Shown: one piece after another, positions 29,096 through 44,054 of the stretch
How the letters are laid out: each line of letters opens with the position of its first letter
Numbering within the stretch: position 1 is the stretch's first letter
DNA from: Eledone cirrhosa
Lineage: Eukaryota
DNA length: 64,000 nucleotides
Assembly (NCBI GenBank): GCA_964016885.1
Contig: OZ024742.1
Location: 126,790,001-126,854,000 of the forward strand
Direction: 5' to 3'
The notes under the pieces: model-generated
Told to the model about the DNA's origin: nothing
What the model saw: the letters and a program-made list of their open reading frames with translations, nothing else
The model's database searches: none
Translations under genes and position numbers: made by a program

Positions 29096-29320
29096 ACATA
29101 CATATAAATAGAGTATTTCTATGTCACCTACTGTTTAAATAAAATCATGTCACATTAGATAGTATGGTCCCGTAACTTCAGATGGAGTCGTAAGGGCGCC
29201 ATATTGACACGCGGCATTTCCTGAGCATTTTAAGCCTTTCCATGCCTGAGTGCAGACGATTACTTCCAGAGAAGGATAGAAAGTGAGAAAGAGGAAATTA
29301 TATATAAATATATAGAGGAC

Positions 29321-29427
29321 TGGTACTTTTTTGTATCAATCTCGAAAGGATGAAAGGGAAAGTTGACCTCGGTGGTGTTTGAGAGCAAAGAGCCGACGTT
29401 CTAACGACTCTGCCAATTCGCCACCTT
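29321..29427 (-). mobile_element. SINE remnant
   Basis: ggtactttt...cgaaaggatgaaagggaaagttgacctcggtgg...ctaacgactctgccaattcgccacc. Confidence 0.65.
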
Positions 29428-30009
29428 ATACATATTAGATAACAACGTACAGTGTCGAAAAGAAAGAAATACTCTAATGGAACATCTATAATCATAGGCC
29501 TGCTGGATCAACAACATCAGTTAGCCTATGGCTAAACAACAATATCAGCAAGAACAAGAGTTATAGTTGTTTCCTTCTGTGTAGTTATTGTTCTGTTACA
29601 TTAAATATTTATAGAAGCAACATACGTACAACGCTGAACAGACTCTACAATTTTGTATACACTTAATGTATGTTTGTATGTCTGTATGCATTTATCTATG
29701 CACGCACATATGCATGTATGTATGTATGTATACATGCATATATGTATGCATTTATCTATGCACGCACATATGCATATATGTATGTATGTATGTATGTATA
29801 CATGCATATATGTATGCATTTATCTATGCACGCACATATGCATGTATGTATGTATACATGTATGTATGTATGCATGTATGCATATATGCTTGTATGCATA
29901 TATGCATGTATGTATACGTGTATGTATACGTGTATGTATGATTCTCCACTAAAATGAAACTGAGCAGTCAGTGTGCGATATTACATATTCTATAATCTCA
30001 ATATGTATG

Positions 30010-30071
<62 letters not shown>

Positions 30072-30547
30072 TTTATATTTGTCTTCAATCTTGAAATATA
30101 TATATATATTTCAATCTTGAAATATATATATATATATATATATAAGCACGCATGCATATATTGACACACATGCACATATATACATCTGAATGCATAAAAT
30201 ACGTGTTTACACACGAACATATATACATTCACACAGGTATATATATATATCTATTGAATGCGTTACTTCATGTATGAATGTACTCCCACATGCAAATATA
30301 TGCACTATGTGTGGAACCATGCATGCATATATATGTTTGTACATGTATGCATGCATAGGTATACATAATTAATTGTGGGGGTGTATGTCTGTATATATAT
30401 ATATATATATATGTAAGAGTGTTTTTTAGGCATATTCTCATTTATGTTGTATGAGAAAATCTCCTTTTCCAAACAATAAAACTCATTCTCTCTCTCTCTC
30501 TCGCTTTACACACAAACACAGAGACACACAGAGACACACAGAGACAT

Positions 30548-30621
<74 letters not shown>

Positions 30622-30706
30622 CACACACACTTATACATATATATATGTATATATTCACTTTATTAACTCTAAGTAGTGAGTCTTATCACAGGGTCACCAG
30701 ACAGCT

Positions 30707-30756
30707 TCTTGTCTTATGACCCTGTGATAAACAGGCGAAACTCCAGAGTTACAAGA
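30707..30756 (+). ncRNA. type I hammerhead (family D), one core substitution
   Basis: Stem I TCTTGT/ACAAGA, core CTtATGA, stem II CCTGT-gataa-ACAGG, GAAA, stem III ACTC-ca-GAGT, GTT triplet. A partial inverted copy just upstream reads CTGgTGA, so the consensus is CTGATGA. Confidence 0.7.
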
Positions 30757-30840
30757 CTCACTGTTTAGCCTTAATAAAATGAATATTAAAATTCTACTTA
30801 GGTATTGAGTGTGCTTTTACCTCAGCCGTCAACCACATAC

Positions 30841-30875
<35 letters not shown>

Positions 30876-30877
<2 letters not shown>

Positions 30878-31076
30878 TCCCGGGTTCAATCGGGGGTAAC
30901 CATAATAAGGTACTCAATACATTAGTAGAGTGTATACAACAACTTTAATATAGAAATGGCTTCTAGAGGACTAGAACTGTTTCATTCGAAGGAAATCACC
31001 AGGAAAGCTTTCCAGATGATTTCCTTCAAATGAAACAGTTCTAGTCATGTAGAGGCCATTTTTATATTAAATTTGT

Positions 31077-31081
<5 letters not shown>
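30876..31081. mobile_element. fold-back family B element with two divergently oriented hammerheads
   Basis: Palindrome centred on aagctt (31005-31010). Consensus of the arms: TTTC CTGATGA tttccttcgaat GAAACAG-ttctagtc-CTGTA GAAG. Flanked by (TA)n. Confidence 0.7.
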
Positions 31082-31127
<46 letters not shown>

Positions 31128-31337
31128 CATACACACACAGACACGTACGCATACTCACAAACACTCACAGGTAACATAATTAATTAATTGTACTTATTCA
31201 GTTAATTTCAATCAATAGGTGTTACAAGTTCACACACCATAAACACACCATTGGGTAGAGAGGAAGAAAAAATGAAGGTTTAATGTATGCAAGGAACGTG
31301 TTCGGAAATGGAATTTTATCCAATGTAGTCATACACG

Positions 31338-31425
<88 letters not shown>

Positions 31426-31684
31426 CACGCATACACACACGCATACACACACATACATGCATACGAACACACACACATACATGCAGACGAACACACACAC
31501 ATACATGCAGACGAACACACACACATACATGCACACGAACACACACACACACGAATTTTCATGCACACACACACGAATTTTCATGCACACACACACACAC
31601 ACACGTACACGAACATATTCATATACGCACCTACACTCACAACACACGCACACGAATATACACACATACACATATGACATATGA

Positions 31685-31715
<31 letters not shown>

Positions 31716-31999
31716 AACATATTTATACACGCACGCACACTCACACACATACGCACACAAATACATACACACACATACACGAACATATTTATACACGCAC
31801 GCACACTCACACACATACGCACACAAATACATACACACACACACACACGAACGAACACACACACACACATACGAATATGCACACATACACAGAATCGTGC
31901 TCCTCTTGAAATCACGAGATTTGTACTGAAAATGTACATGTAGTAAAGCTGTCTTTTATTCTGTCTGTTTGCCTGACTGCCTGTCAGTTACTCTAGCGT

Positions 32000-33450
32000 T
32001 GTTGTTGTTGATGTAACTGTTGTTGTGGTAGTTGTAGTGGTGGTAGTTGTAGCTGTTGTTTGTTGTAGTATCTGATGTTTTTGTAGTGGTAGTTGTTGTA
32101 GTGGTGGTAGTTGTAGTAACTGATGTTTTTGTAGTGGCAGTTGTTGTAGTGGTGGTAGTTGTAGCTGTTGTAGTTGTAGTAACTGATGTTTTTGTAGTGG
32201 CAGTTGTTGTAGTGGTGGTAGTTGTAGCTGTTGTAGTTGTAGTAACTGATGTTTTTGTAGTGGCAGTTGTTGTAGTGGTGGTAGTTGTAGCTATTGTAGT
32301 TGTAGTAACTGATGTTTTTGTAGTGGCAGTTGTTGTAGTGGTGGTAGTTGTAGCTGTTGTAGTTGTAGTAACTGATGTTTTTGTAGTGGCAGTTGTTGTA
32401 GTGGTGGTAGTTGTAGCTGTTGTAGTTGTAGTAACTGATGTTTTTGTAGTGGCAGTTGTTGTAGTGGTGGTAGTTGTAGTAACTGATGTTTTTGTAGTGG
32501 TAGCTGTTGTAGTGGTGGTAGTTGTAGTAACTGATGTTTTTGTAGTGGTAGCTGTTGTAGTGGTGGTAGTTGTAGTAACTGATGTTTTTGTAGTGGTAGT
32601 AGTTGTAGTAACTGATGTTTTTGTAGTGGTAGTTGTTGTAGTGGTGGTAGTTGTAGCTGGTGTAGTGGTAGGTAGTTGCTGTGGTGGTAGTTGTAGCTGT
32701 TGAGGTTGTAGTTATTGCAATTGTAGTTGTTGCAGTTGCTGTAGTGGTAATTGTAGATGTAGTTGTAGTAACTGCTGTTGTTGTAGTGGTAGTTGTTGTA
32801 GTGGTGGTAGTTGTTGTAGTGGTGGTAGTTGTTGTAGTGGTGGTAGCTGTTGTAGTGGTAGGTAGTTGCCGTGTTGGTAGTTGTAGCTGTTGTGGTTGTA
32901 GTTGTTGCAGTTGCTGTAGTGGTAGTTGTAGATGTAGTTGTAGTAACTGTTGTTGTTGTAGTGGTAGTTGTTGTAGTGGTGGTAGTTGTAGCTGTTGCTG
33001 CTGTTGGTAGTTGTAGCTGTTGAGGTTGTAGTTGTTGCAGTTGCTGTAGTGGTAGTTGTAGATGTAGTTGTTGTAACTGATGTTGTTGTAGTGGTAGTTG
33101 TAGATGTAGTTGTAGTAACTGATGTTGTTGTAGTGGTAGTTGCTGTGTTGGTAGTTGTAGCTGTTGTGGTTGCTGTTGTAGTTGTTACTGTAGTGGTAGT
33201 TGTGGTTGTAGTTGTAGTTGTTGCTGTAGTTGTAGTTGTTGCTGTAGTGGTAGTTGTAGTTGTAGTTGTTGATGTAGTTACTGTTGCTGTAGTGCTAGTT
33301 GTAGTAGCTCATGTTACTGTTGTTGTAGTGGTAGCTGTTGTAGTTGTAGTTGTTGCTGTAGTGGTAGTTGTGGTTGTAGTTGTTGCTGTAGTTGTTGCTG
33401 TAGTGGTAGTTGTAGTAACTCATGTTACTGTTGTTGTAGTTGTTGTAGAT
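32000..33450. repeat. (GTA/GTT)n-derived minisatellite, ~63-bp unit in the first half
   Basis: Recurring actgatgtttttgtagtggcagtt. Confidence 0.9.
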
Positions 33451-33558
33451 ATGTTTTTGATCTCGTTCTGTTAGTTATGTATAATAATTAATATTTAAAT
33501 GATAAATATGGGTCCTCTCTCTCCATAGCTCTCTTCTCGTAGAGATATATAGATAGAT

Positions 33559-33631
33559 AATAGGAAAAGGTATGACCCCGACGGCAGAGCTCAAGCCGTT
33601 TCGACGGCTATTTCTGGACAATTCCTTCGTT
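33559..33631 (-). mobile_element. family C fragment with inverted 3'-terminal piece
   Basis: gaccccgacggcagagctcaagccgtttcgacggcta...ctggac joined to caattccttcgtt, which is the reverse complement of 39339-39351. Confidence 0.75.
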
Positions 33632-33679
33632 AAATAGAGAGACAGACACACAGATAGCTAGGCTAGGTAGATAGATATG

Positions 33680-34028
33680 TTTCTTTATTAGCCACAGGGG
33701 CACAAAAGAAGGGGACAAATACAAAGGGGGAAGTTTACATACAATAAAAACGTGTAAAATATTATCACAAATGTAATTTAAAAATTAGTCGATTTTCCCC
33801 AATAGGGGGAGACATTTCATATGGGTAACACATACCCCCGAAAAAAAAATGAGCAACCCTCATCTCCAGGCTGATTTAGAGAGAAGGCCCATTCACTCGG
33901 GCCATTCTCGCCACTTTCACCCACCTTTCATAAAACTTGCTGGGGTACAGCACCTCTCTCTCCATCCTGATCCTTCTTCCAAAGTGGTATTTGAAAAAAA
34001 GAATCAGTTGTTGGCCGGAGAGAAAGGT
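33680..34028 (-). mobile_element. 3' fragment of the Tx1-like LINE
   Basis: Homologous to 9224-9618. GATA/GACA repeats on both sides. Confidence 0.85.
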
Positions 34029-34035
34029 AGTAAGG

Positions 34036-34081
<46 letters not shown>

Positions 34082-34121
34082 TACAGACAGACAGACAGAC
34101 ACAGATAGGTAGATAGATATG

Positions 34122-34285
34122 TTTCTTTATTAGCCACAGGGGCACAAAAGAAGGGGACAAATACAAAAGGGGAAGTTTACATACAATAAAAACGTGTAAA
34201 ATATTATCACAAATGCAATTTAAAAATTAGTCGATTTTCCCCAATAGGGGGAGACATTACATATGGGTAACACATACCCCCGAAA
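34122..34285 (-). mobile_element. second 3' fragment of the Tx1-like LINE
   Basis: Near-identical to 33680-33843. GATA/GACA repeats on both sides. Confidence 0.85.
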
Positions 34286-34668
34286 GATAGATAGATAGTA
34301 AAGAAGGTGGGTAGATAGATAGATAGATAGGTAGATAGATAGGTATATAGATAGGTAGATCGATAAATAGATACATATATAGGTAGATAAATAGGTAGGT
34401 AGATATGTAGGGGAGGAGGACAGACAGGTAAATAGATAAATGACATACAGCTAGATATCTAGATAAATTAGAGAGGTAGATGAACAGAAAATATATAGTG
34501 GATATAGGGAATTAGATAGATATACACGTATATAATTAGATAGACAGGTAGATAAATGATAAAACAGATAGATAGGTAGATAGACACATAGATAGACAGT
34601 TAGGGAAAGATACATACATATACATACATACACACATATATAAGGAATTACACCAGCCTCCTGTTATT

Positions 34669-34700
<32 letters not shown>

Positions 34701-34795
34701 GTAATAATAATAAATTTGAAGACTAAAATCCAAAGAGGGCTCAATAAGGGGGTGAAAGCAGCGATTCTTTGCTTAAACTTTAATCTGTTATTTTA

Positions 34796-34868
<73 letters not shown>

Positions 34869-35105
34869 TATATAGAGAGAGAAAGAGAGAGTGAGAGACT
34901 AACATTTCTCCGTCTCACCTCATTTGCATGTATACTTCTTTAGTAACCATTAGATTGTGATTTAGTAATTAGATTCTCCTTGAGGCAAATAAAGAAATTA
35001 TCTATTCAAGCATATATATGTTATACCTAACAGACTCCCAGACAACACCCTCAACAGACACATAATGTGTATGCGTGTACGTCTATGTATGTATGTATGT
35101 GAGAG

Positions 35106-35520
35106 ATGTCTGGGAGAGATGACCCCTTAGCCTTTGTCAAGGCAGAATTCTAGGAGAAGGAAAACTCTGATATAACACCTGCAACCCTGATGGTATCCAA
35201 TGATGTTGACTTGTTGTTCTTTTTGGTAAATATCATCTTGGTTAAAAGAGTGGGACTGGCTTTGTGCAGTGCCTTTGCTCACTATAAAAGCTTCACGGCA
35301 CAGGCATTGCTTTATATCTAGAGATCTCTCTGCACTTGTCGTCACATGGTATCATGGGCCCAGCACGATGTGTCAGTAATTGTCACAAGTGTAGTCGTTG
35401 TACCAGAGTTTTCAAGTCGCTGGCTGGACTAAAAAGTCACACTCGTTCAGCACATCGGTAGGGGTTCTCCTACATGGATATAAAGTAGTGGCCGTACTCG
35501 AAAACGAGTTGGCAGCCACC
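35106..35520 (+). mobile_element. RTE-clade LINE 3' end (~415 bp)
   Basis: Encodes terminal C2H2-like [23 protein letters not shown]-stop. 3' stem-loop gtggc..actcg-aaaa-cgagt..gccac, then (ATGT)n tail. Confidence 0.7.
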
Positions 35521-35877
35521 ATGTATGCATGTATGTATGTATGTATGTATGTATGTATGTGGTTCTTATCAAGTGCATGCGTATTCATATATGCTATCTT
35601 TATCATATTTTTATCTTACAAGTATTTTAAAAACCCCAATCTCTCTCAAACTGTACGTTAAATAGTAAAATTCGATGCTGTCACCCATCATAATATATAT
35701 TAATCTATAAACTATCTATCTCTCTAGTTAACCATTTATATCGATGCCTCTCTATCTACCAATCTACCTGTTTATCTAACCATTTATCTCAACACCTATC
35801 TTATCAATCTAGCTCGCTACCTTCTCCCTCACTATTTACCTATATGTGTCTATCTGTTTGTCAGTTATATATTATAT

Positions 35878-35960
<83 letters not shown>

Positions 35961-35961
35961 C

Positions 35962-35992
<31 letters not shown>

Positions 35993-36258
35993 CATATATT
36001 TATTAAAATACATACATACATATATATATACATGCTTATATATATATATATATATACATATATTTATTAAAATACATACATATATATATATGCACACACA
36101 TACATATATATATATATACATACATACATATATATATATACATACATATATATATACACATACATACATATATATATATACACATGCATACATATATATA
36201 TATACACATGTATCCCTTCAAAAACAAAAAATGTAGGTATCGATATATCCATATATAC

Positions 36259-36305
<47 letters not shown>

Positions 36306-36372
36306 CACTGTCCATCGAAATAGAGCAAGTGTCATCAAATTCAATCATCTAGATAAAGGAAAAAATCAATCA

Positions 36373-36628
36373 GCAGTGGTTAAATTGTTCGACTCGTGAT
36401 TGAAAGGTGGTGAGATCGATTCCCGGCGACGTGTAGTGTTTTTAAGCAAGAAACTGAAAAAAAATCAGCTGTAACTCTACGAGCCAGCTTTGTCACATGC
36501 TGTATCACGCTGAATCTCCCTGATAACTATGTGAAGTGTGTATGTATCTGTTGAATGCTCAGCCACTTGCACTAACACGCTGTTTCTCGGTTCGAACAAC
36601 TGGCATACTCGTCGTTAGAAGCGATGAC
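36373..36628 (+). mobile_element. tRNA-derived SINE remnant
   Basis: A/B-box-like cagtggtta...gagatcgattccc head. Tail is shared with 12690-12760. Confidence 0.55.
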
Positions 36629-36766
36629 ATACATACACACATACACACACGCATACACACGCACACACTCACACATATATATATATGTGTGTATGTGTGT
36701 GTCGAGAAGGCAAATTTATTCTAATGTGATACAGTGGCACACATACATGCATACATACACACACAC

Positions 36767-36799
<33 letters not shown>

Positions 36800-37058
36800 C
36801 AATTTAAAAAAAAACAGTTAAATTACATAAAATTATATGATTGATTTACGAAAGTTTCTATCAATAATTGAAAATTTATCGATTGGATTATACTCTAAAC
36901 TATCTTTAGCTGTAGTCTATAAAATTCCATTTGAGCTTTGAAATATTGTTTGCCCTTATGGTTGCCTTATCAACTCATCTGAGCTATATATATATATATA
37001 AGTTTATCCCGGGTTCAATCGGGGGAAACAGTTCTAGTCCTGTAGAAGCAATTTCTAT

Positions 37059-37130
<72 letters not shown>

Positions 37131-37142
37131 AGAATATTTTCG

Positions 37143-37198
<56 letters not shown>

Positions 37199-38013
37199 AT
37201 ATGTGTGTGTGTATATGAAAACAGGGAGAAAAAGACGATTATTAGGAAGAAAAATATTTTTTTTGCCCTTTTTATTTTCTTCTCTCTTTTTTTCTGGGTT
37301 AGAAAATGATTAAAACGAAATATTTTATTTTGTGTGAAGTGTTAAGGTATTAGTTGATTTATTAATTAATTAACATATATATATATACAAGTGTGTGGGG
37401 ATCTGTGTCATTGTATTACAGTAGAATAATTTTGCCTTCTCGACTCAAACCAACAAAATAATAATGAGATAGGTAAACTGATTTAGGCTTCAACGGGGAT
37501 AAGAGTGTAGGAGAACGACGACATGATACCAGATGGTAATGGTTACGATTACCATGATAAGGAACATGATGATGGTGATGACAATGATGGTGACAACGGG
37601 GGGGGGGATGGTGGTGGTGGTGGTGGTGGTGATATAGGTTTGTAATGGTGACCATGTTGGTGGTGGTGGTGGTATAGGTTTGTAATGGTGACAACGGGGG
37701 TTGATGATGACGGTGGTGGTGGTGGTGGTGGTGGTGGTGGTATAGGTTTGTAATGGTGACAACGGGGGTTGATGATGACGATGGTGGTGGTGGTATAGGT
37801 TTGTAATGGTGACAACGGGGGTTGATGATGACGAGGAAAAGTGATGGTGATGATGATGACGATGACAATGATATGTGATGAGAATGGAGGATACAATATA
37901 CGATATAATATATTGCCGACATTCTACAAATTATGTTCATATCGATATTGACATTGTAGAAGAAGAAGAAGAAGAAGAAGAAGAAGAAGAAGAAGAAGAA
38001 GAAGAAGAAGAAG

Positions 38014-38087
<74 letters not shown>

Positions 38088-38215
38088 AAACAACAAAGAT
38101 AATAGTGATAATTATAAGAATTACTGTAATTATAATAATATTAGGAAGTAAACGAAATTCAATGTTAATTAAATTCTTCGACATTATACACACACACACG
38201 CACACACACACACAT

Positions 38216-38267
<52 letters not shown>

Positions 38268-38273
38268 TATATG

Positions 38274-38395
<122 letters not shown>

Positions 38396-38723
38396 AATAT
38401 ATATATATAAATATATATATCTATATCCAAAATTAAGATAAATTAAATGAATTCAATCCAAATATATATAAATATATATGTATATATATATATAAATATA
38501 TATGTGTATATATATGTGTATATATATATAAATATATATTAGTATTTTTACTATTTGAATTTTTTCTGGTATCATAAATGTATAAATGTTGTAGACTTCG
38601 CTCTCAAATATATTGTCTCATGCTCTGAGTTGGAAACAAACATATTTTACCGCCACCAGTGAAATTATTCGACTTCGCAAACACACACGTCTATATACAC
38701 ATATACATTCATACGCACATACA

Positions 38724-38821
<98 letters not shown>

Positions 38822-38851
38822 AATATATATGCACATATATGTGTATATATA

Positions 38852-38934
<83 letters not shown>

Positions 38935-39078
38935 ATGTAGAATTGAAATACTAGAGTGTGTTGGAGTTAAACACCCTCTTCGTATTATAGAAATGACAGT
39001 AAAGGTATAGCTCAATGTAATTAAACAGAGCCGAAGACTCATAACTCATATATATATATATATAAATATATATGCACA

Positions 39079-39111
<33 letters not shown>

Positions 39112-39116
39112 GCACA

Positions 39117-39655
<539 letters not shown>

Positions 39656-40491
39656 CATATATATTTATTTGTGTCTGTGTTGTTTGTGTGTAATAGATGT
39701 TAGCAACAAAGAATTCAATAGCAACAATCATGATTATCATCATCATCAAAACCACAACCTGCAACATCTGACCTCTTTAGTTATTTATGTGTTCATCTGA
39801 TTGTTTATTATTTATTTATTATTTAAACTTCTATTTTAGAAATACTTCCAAGCTGAGAGTGTGAAGAGAAGAGAAGAGAGAGAGAGAGGGAGAGAGTAAG
39901 TGAGAGGGAAAGAGAGAGGATGAGAGAAAGAGGGACGGGAGAGGGAAGACAAGAGGGAGATGGGAGAGGGAAGACAAGAGAGAGAGATGGATGACAAGAG
40001 AGAGGGAGAGAAGGAGGGAGAGAAAGAAGGTGAGAGAAGGAGAGAAAGGGAAAGAGAGAGGGATAATGAGAGAGAAGAAAGGAGAGAGAGGGGGAAAGAT
40101 AGTGGTGTTGCTGCAGCTGTTGTTGTTGTTACTATTGTTATCATAATCATCATCATCATCATAATAATAATCCTTGAATGTGTATATGTGTGTTAGTCTG
40201 TGTCGTCTTTTATTCTTTTACTGGCTTCACTCATTCGACTGTGGCCATGCTGGAGCATCAGTATATGTAGATGCCTATGTTTGTGTTGGTTCCCTACCAC
40301 CAAAACACCAATCTGTTACATTTAGTCTGGTGATCTGCCCCCTCCTACTATTGGAAATGGCCCCTACCGAAGTCTGTGACACCAAACTGGCTGCAACAGA
40401 AGTACCAAATCACAAGACTTTGCGTGTGCATATCTGCGCGTGTATCTGTACACATATGTGCGCGTGTGTGTGTATTTGTGTGTGTGCGTGA

Positions 40492-40553
<62 letters not shown>

Positions 40554-40598
40554 ATTTTACTTCGTTAAAAAAATCATACAGGAGGAAAAAATCCTAAT

Positions 40599-40777
40599 TT
40601 AACCATTTTGTTGCCATATTTCTAATGAAAAATACTGCCTGACATTTCGAAAATAATCAAGAATTAGTAGAAACTTACAACTACATCTTTCTTACTATTG
40701 AGCTGGCATTTAAATTAAGTAGGTTTGTACGGTAGAACCAGGGGCTGTTTAACGCGGTCTGGTGTCGGAAGGGTTAA
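40599..40777. mobile_element. piggyBac-like MITE remnant
   Basis: TTAA-ccattttgttgcca ... tggtgtcggaaggg-TTAA: degenerate TIRs with TTAA at both ends. Confidence 0.45.
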
Positions 40778-40948
40778 TATAAATTCCTTAATGTATGAAG
40801 TAAAGTGGAAGTATTTAACAAAAATAAAATAATAAAGAAAGAAAACCCAGCGTGATTCTATCAAGACAAGTATAGTTTCTTTCTTTATACAATTCGTCAA
40901 AGAGGCGAATTGTATAAAGAAAACTAACTAGCCTTGAAAGAATCACTG

Positions 40949-40988
<40 letters not shown>

Positions 40989-41195
40989 GTGATTCTTTCA
41001 ATTATATATATATATATATACACACATATATATATACACATATATATATATACATATATATATACATATATATACATATATATATATATATACATATATA
41101 TACATATATATATATGTATATACATATATATGTGTGTGTATACCTCCTCTTAAATGTGATACTAATAAACTCTGTGTTCGTCTTGTCATTTCTTG

Positions 41196-41235
<40 letters not shown>

Positions 41236-41988
41236 GTGTGTGTATATACATACACATATGCAAAAAGACACACAGATACATGTGTTGGTATATGATATGT
41301 ATTCAACAATAATAAGATTTACAACGGCAACAAAAATCACAAAGATTTTTACTGACACAACAACAACGACGACAATAATGATGATGATGATGATGATGAT
41401 GATGAAAACGATCCCCTAAAACATCAGAAAGGCATTAGGAAATGAACCCTAAAATCCCAGTGGTGAGAAATAACCTAAGAAAAATGGTGTTGTGATGTTC
41501 ATGCATTTCTCCTAAATCTTTGGGTCTTTCATTTTCTGTTATGGCTCATAGGTAAATAGCATTTTACTTGGTTTGTGTGAGTGCTGGTATGCGTGCGCAC
41601 TAATGTGCATGTATGTAGGGCTTATGTGTGGGATAATGCGCGGATTGTGTGCACTGCATTTGTGTGCAGTTGTGCACATTGTGCGAGCTTATGTGTATGT
41701 ATGTACATGTAGATGTGTGGCAGATATTACGAGTGTTTATGTGTGTGCAAATGTTTATATTTGACAGCATATTTATGTGTATGTGTGTGTGTGTGTTTAT
41801 GTGTGTATGTGTCTATGTGTGCTTATGTATTTGTTTCGGTATGCATGGTTGTATTTCTATGTGCAAATATGTATTTGTATGTGTGGGTATTTTGTTTGTG
41901 CGCATACGCTCGTGTACGGATATTTGTTTGTGTGCATGAGCGTATGTTTATGTATGCATATGTGAGTGCATATTTATGTCTGTATATT

Positions 41989-42038
<50 letters not shown>

Positions 42039-42067
42039 TACATATAATTATGTAAACATATATATAT

Positions 42068-42143
<76 letters not shown>

Positions 42144-42196
42144 ACGTGTGTGTGTTTGTGTGAGTGTAGATATATATCTATCTATATGGAACTTAC

Positions 42197-42319
42197 CTTC
42201 GTTGTTGGTTGGTGTTGGGTCAGCAGGTGGCTCAGAGGGACTCCTGTTTGGAGCGGGTCCATCCATGTTTTCCATAGTATTAAGATCAGAGAGAGAAACC
42301 TGATAGGCGAGAGGAGCCG
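42197..42319 (-). CDS. probable 123-nt phase-1/phase-1 internal exon
   Basis: Perfect donor AAG|GTAAGT. First AG after branch-like ctctaat is aaatAG. Open frame APLAYQVSLSDLNTMENMDGPAPNRSPSEPPADPTPTNNE. GC-richer island within (TA)n. Alternative acceptor at 42299. Confidence 0.6.
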
Positions 42320-42690
42320 CTATTTTGAATCCGTGGGGGGAAGGCGTGTATAATAACAATTAGAGATCACCAATTATATATATGTATACACACACATATA
42401 TATTTATTTATATATACATATATATGTCATATAATATATATATAAATATATGTTTATATTTAAATCTAAATAAATATATATATATACATATACATGTATA
42501 TAGAGATATATCTAAAACAAATTCTATAGACACATATACTTAGACGTTAGAATCCGCAGATGTACATTGGAGATTTGGAAAGAAAAAATAAATATATATA
42601 TATATTTATATATATATATATATATCTTTGTCTGTTTTCTGTTTTGTATAATCTTTTTTATGTATAAATTTCCTTTTTTTTCTTTTAAAA

Positions 42691-42721
<31 letters not shown>

Positions 42722-42827
42722 TTAATTCACGTTATTAAATATACAAATATTAAAATATATAAATATATACATACATATATTTATATATTTTTGATTTTCC
42801 TTTCTACGATTTTTAAAAAAATTATGG

Positions 42828-42863
<36 letters not shown>

Positions 42864-43319
42864 TTCTTTAACCTTAAGACACAGGAATCAAAATATGCAA
42901 GGGAGGGCCAAGAATTAAAAAATCCAGGTTCGGAAATGAGTGGCAGATATTAAGGAAGATTTTTCAATGAAGAAGTGAAAGTGGTGATGGTGACGGCGAT
43001 GGCGATGGCGGGGTGGGGAAACACAGATAAAATATCAGAAGATAGTTCTTTCTGAGTTGATGGATGACTAGGAAACTAAAATGGTAGTAGTAATAGTAGT
43101 AGTAGCAGCAGTAATAGTATTAGCAGCAGTAGTTATGCCTGTAGTAGTAGTCACCGCCGTCGTAATAGTAGTAAATGTATGCGAAAGTAGGGCCAATAGC
43201 AGCAGCACTAGCAACAGTAGTAGTAGTAGTAGTAACAGCAATAGTAGTCGTTGTTCGGTTTCGACAAGAGGCAAATATATCGTGGATCATCTGCTACAGA
43301 AACAACAAACAGTAGTAGC

Positions 43320-43384
<65 letters not shown>

Positions 43385-43445
43385 ATGTGATGGTGGTTGT
43401 GGTGATGGTGTGGTAATAGTGTTAGTGGTAGTAGTAGTAGTAGTG

Positions 43446-43507
<62 letters not shown>

Positions 43508-43603
43508 GGTGGTGGTGATGGCGATTGTGTGGTAATAGCAGCAGTGATAGTTGTAGTAGTAGTGGTAGATGTTGTGGTGGTGATGTAGTAGTAATAGTGG
43601 TGC

Positions 43604-43645
<42 letters not shown>

Positions 43646-44054
43646 CAGTAGTAGTAGTGGTGTTGAGGCAGTGACACAACGGTGGTAGTACAGAAGTGAA
43701 GAGATAGGAGATGTTGATGTCAAACGATGATCTATCTATCTATATACAACGTCAACGAGAGAAGAACGTCTCGTGTGCTATACAATGTATATATAACGTG
43801 TTGTAATGTGATGTAGATTTGATGTTAGGATATTATATGTTTAATGTAGGATATTATATGTTGTAATAGTGTTATGATATATTATTATTAGTGTTGTTAC
43901 TGTTGGCGGTGATGATGATGTTGGTGATGTTAGTGAATGTAGTTGTTCAATATATGATGGAGTATTTACGTTAGGAGGTTGTATTGTTGTTGGTGGTGGT
44001 CGTCGTGTTGTTGGGGTTCGTTATATTGTTGGTGTTGTTAGTGGTGTTGTTGTT

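Noticed and set aside
42310-42330. YY1-like CAAAATAGCGGC promoter motif
   Set aside because: Mismatch in the ATGG core. Better explained as the splice acceptor of the 123-nt exon.
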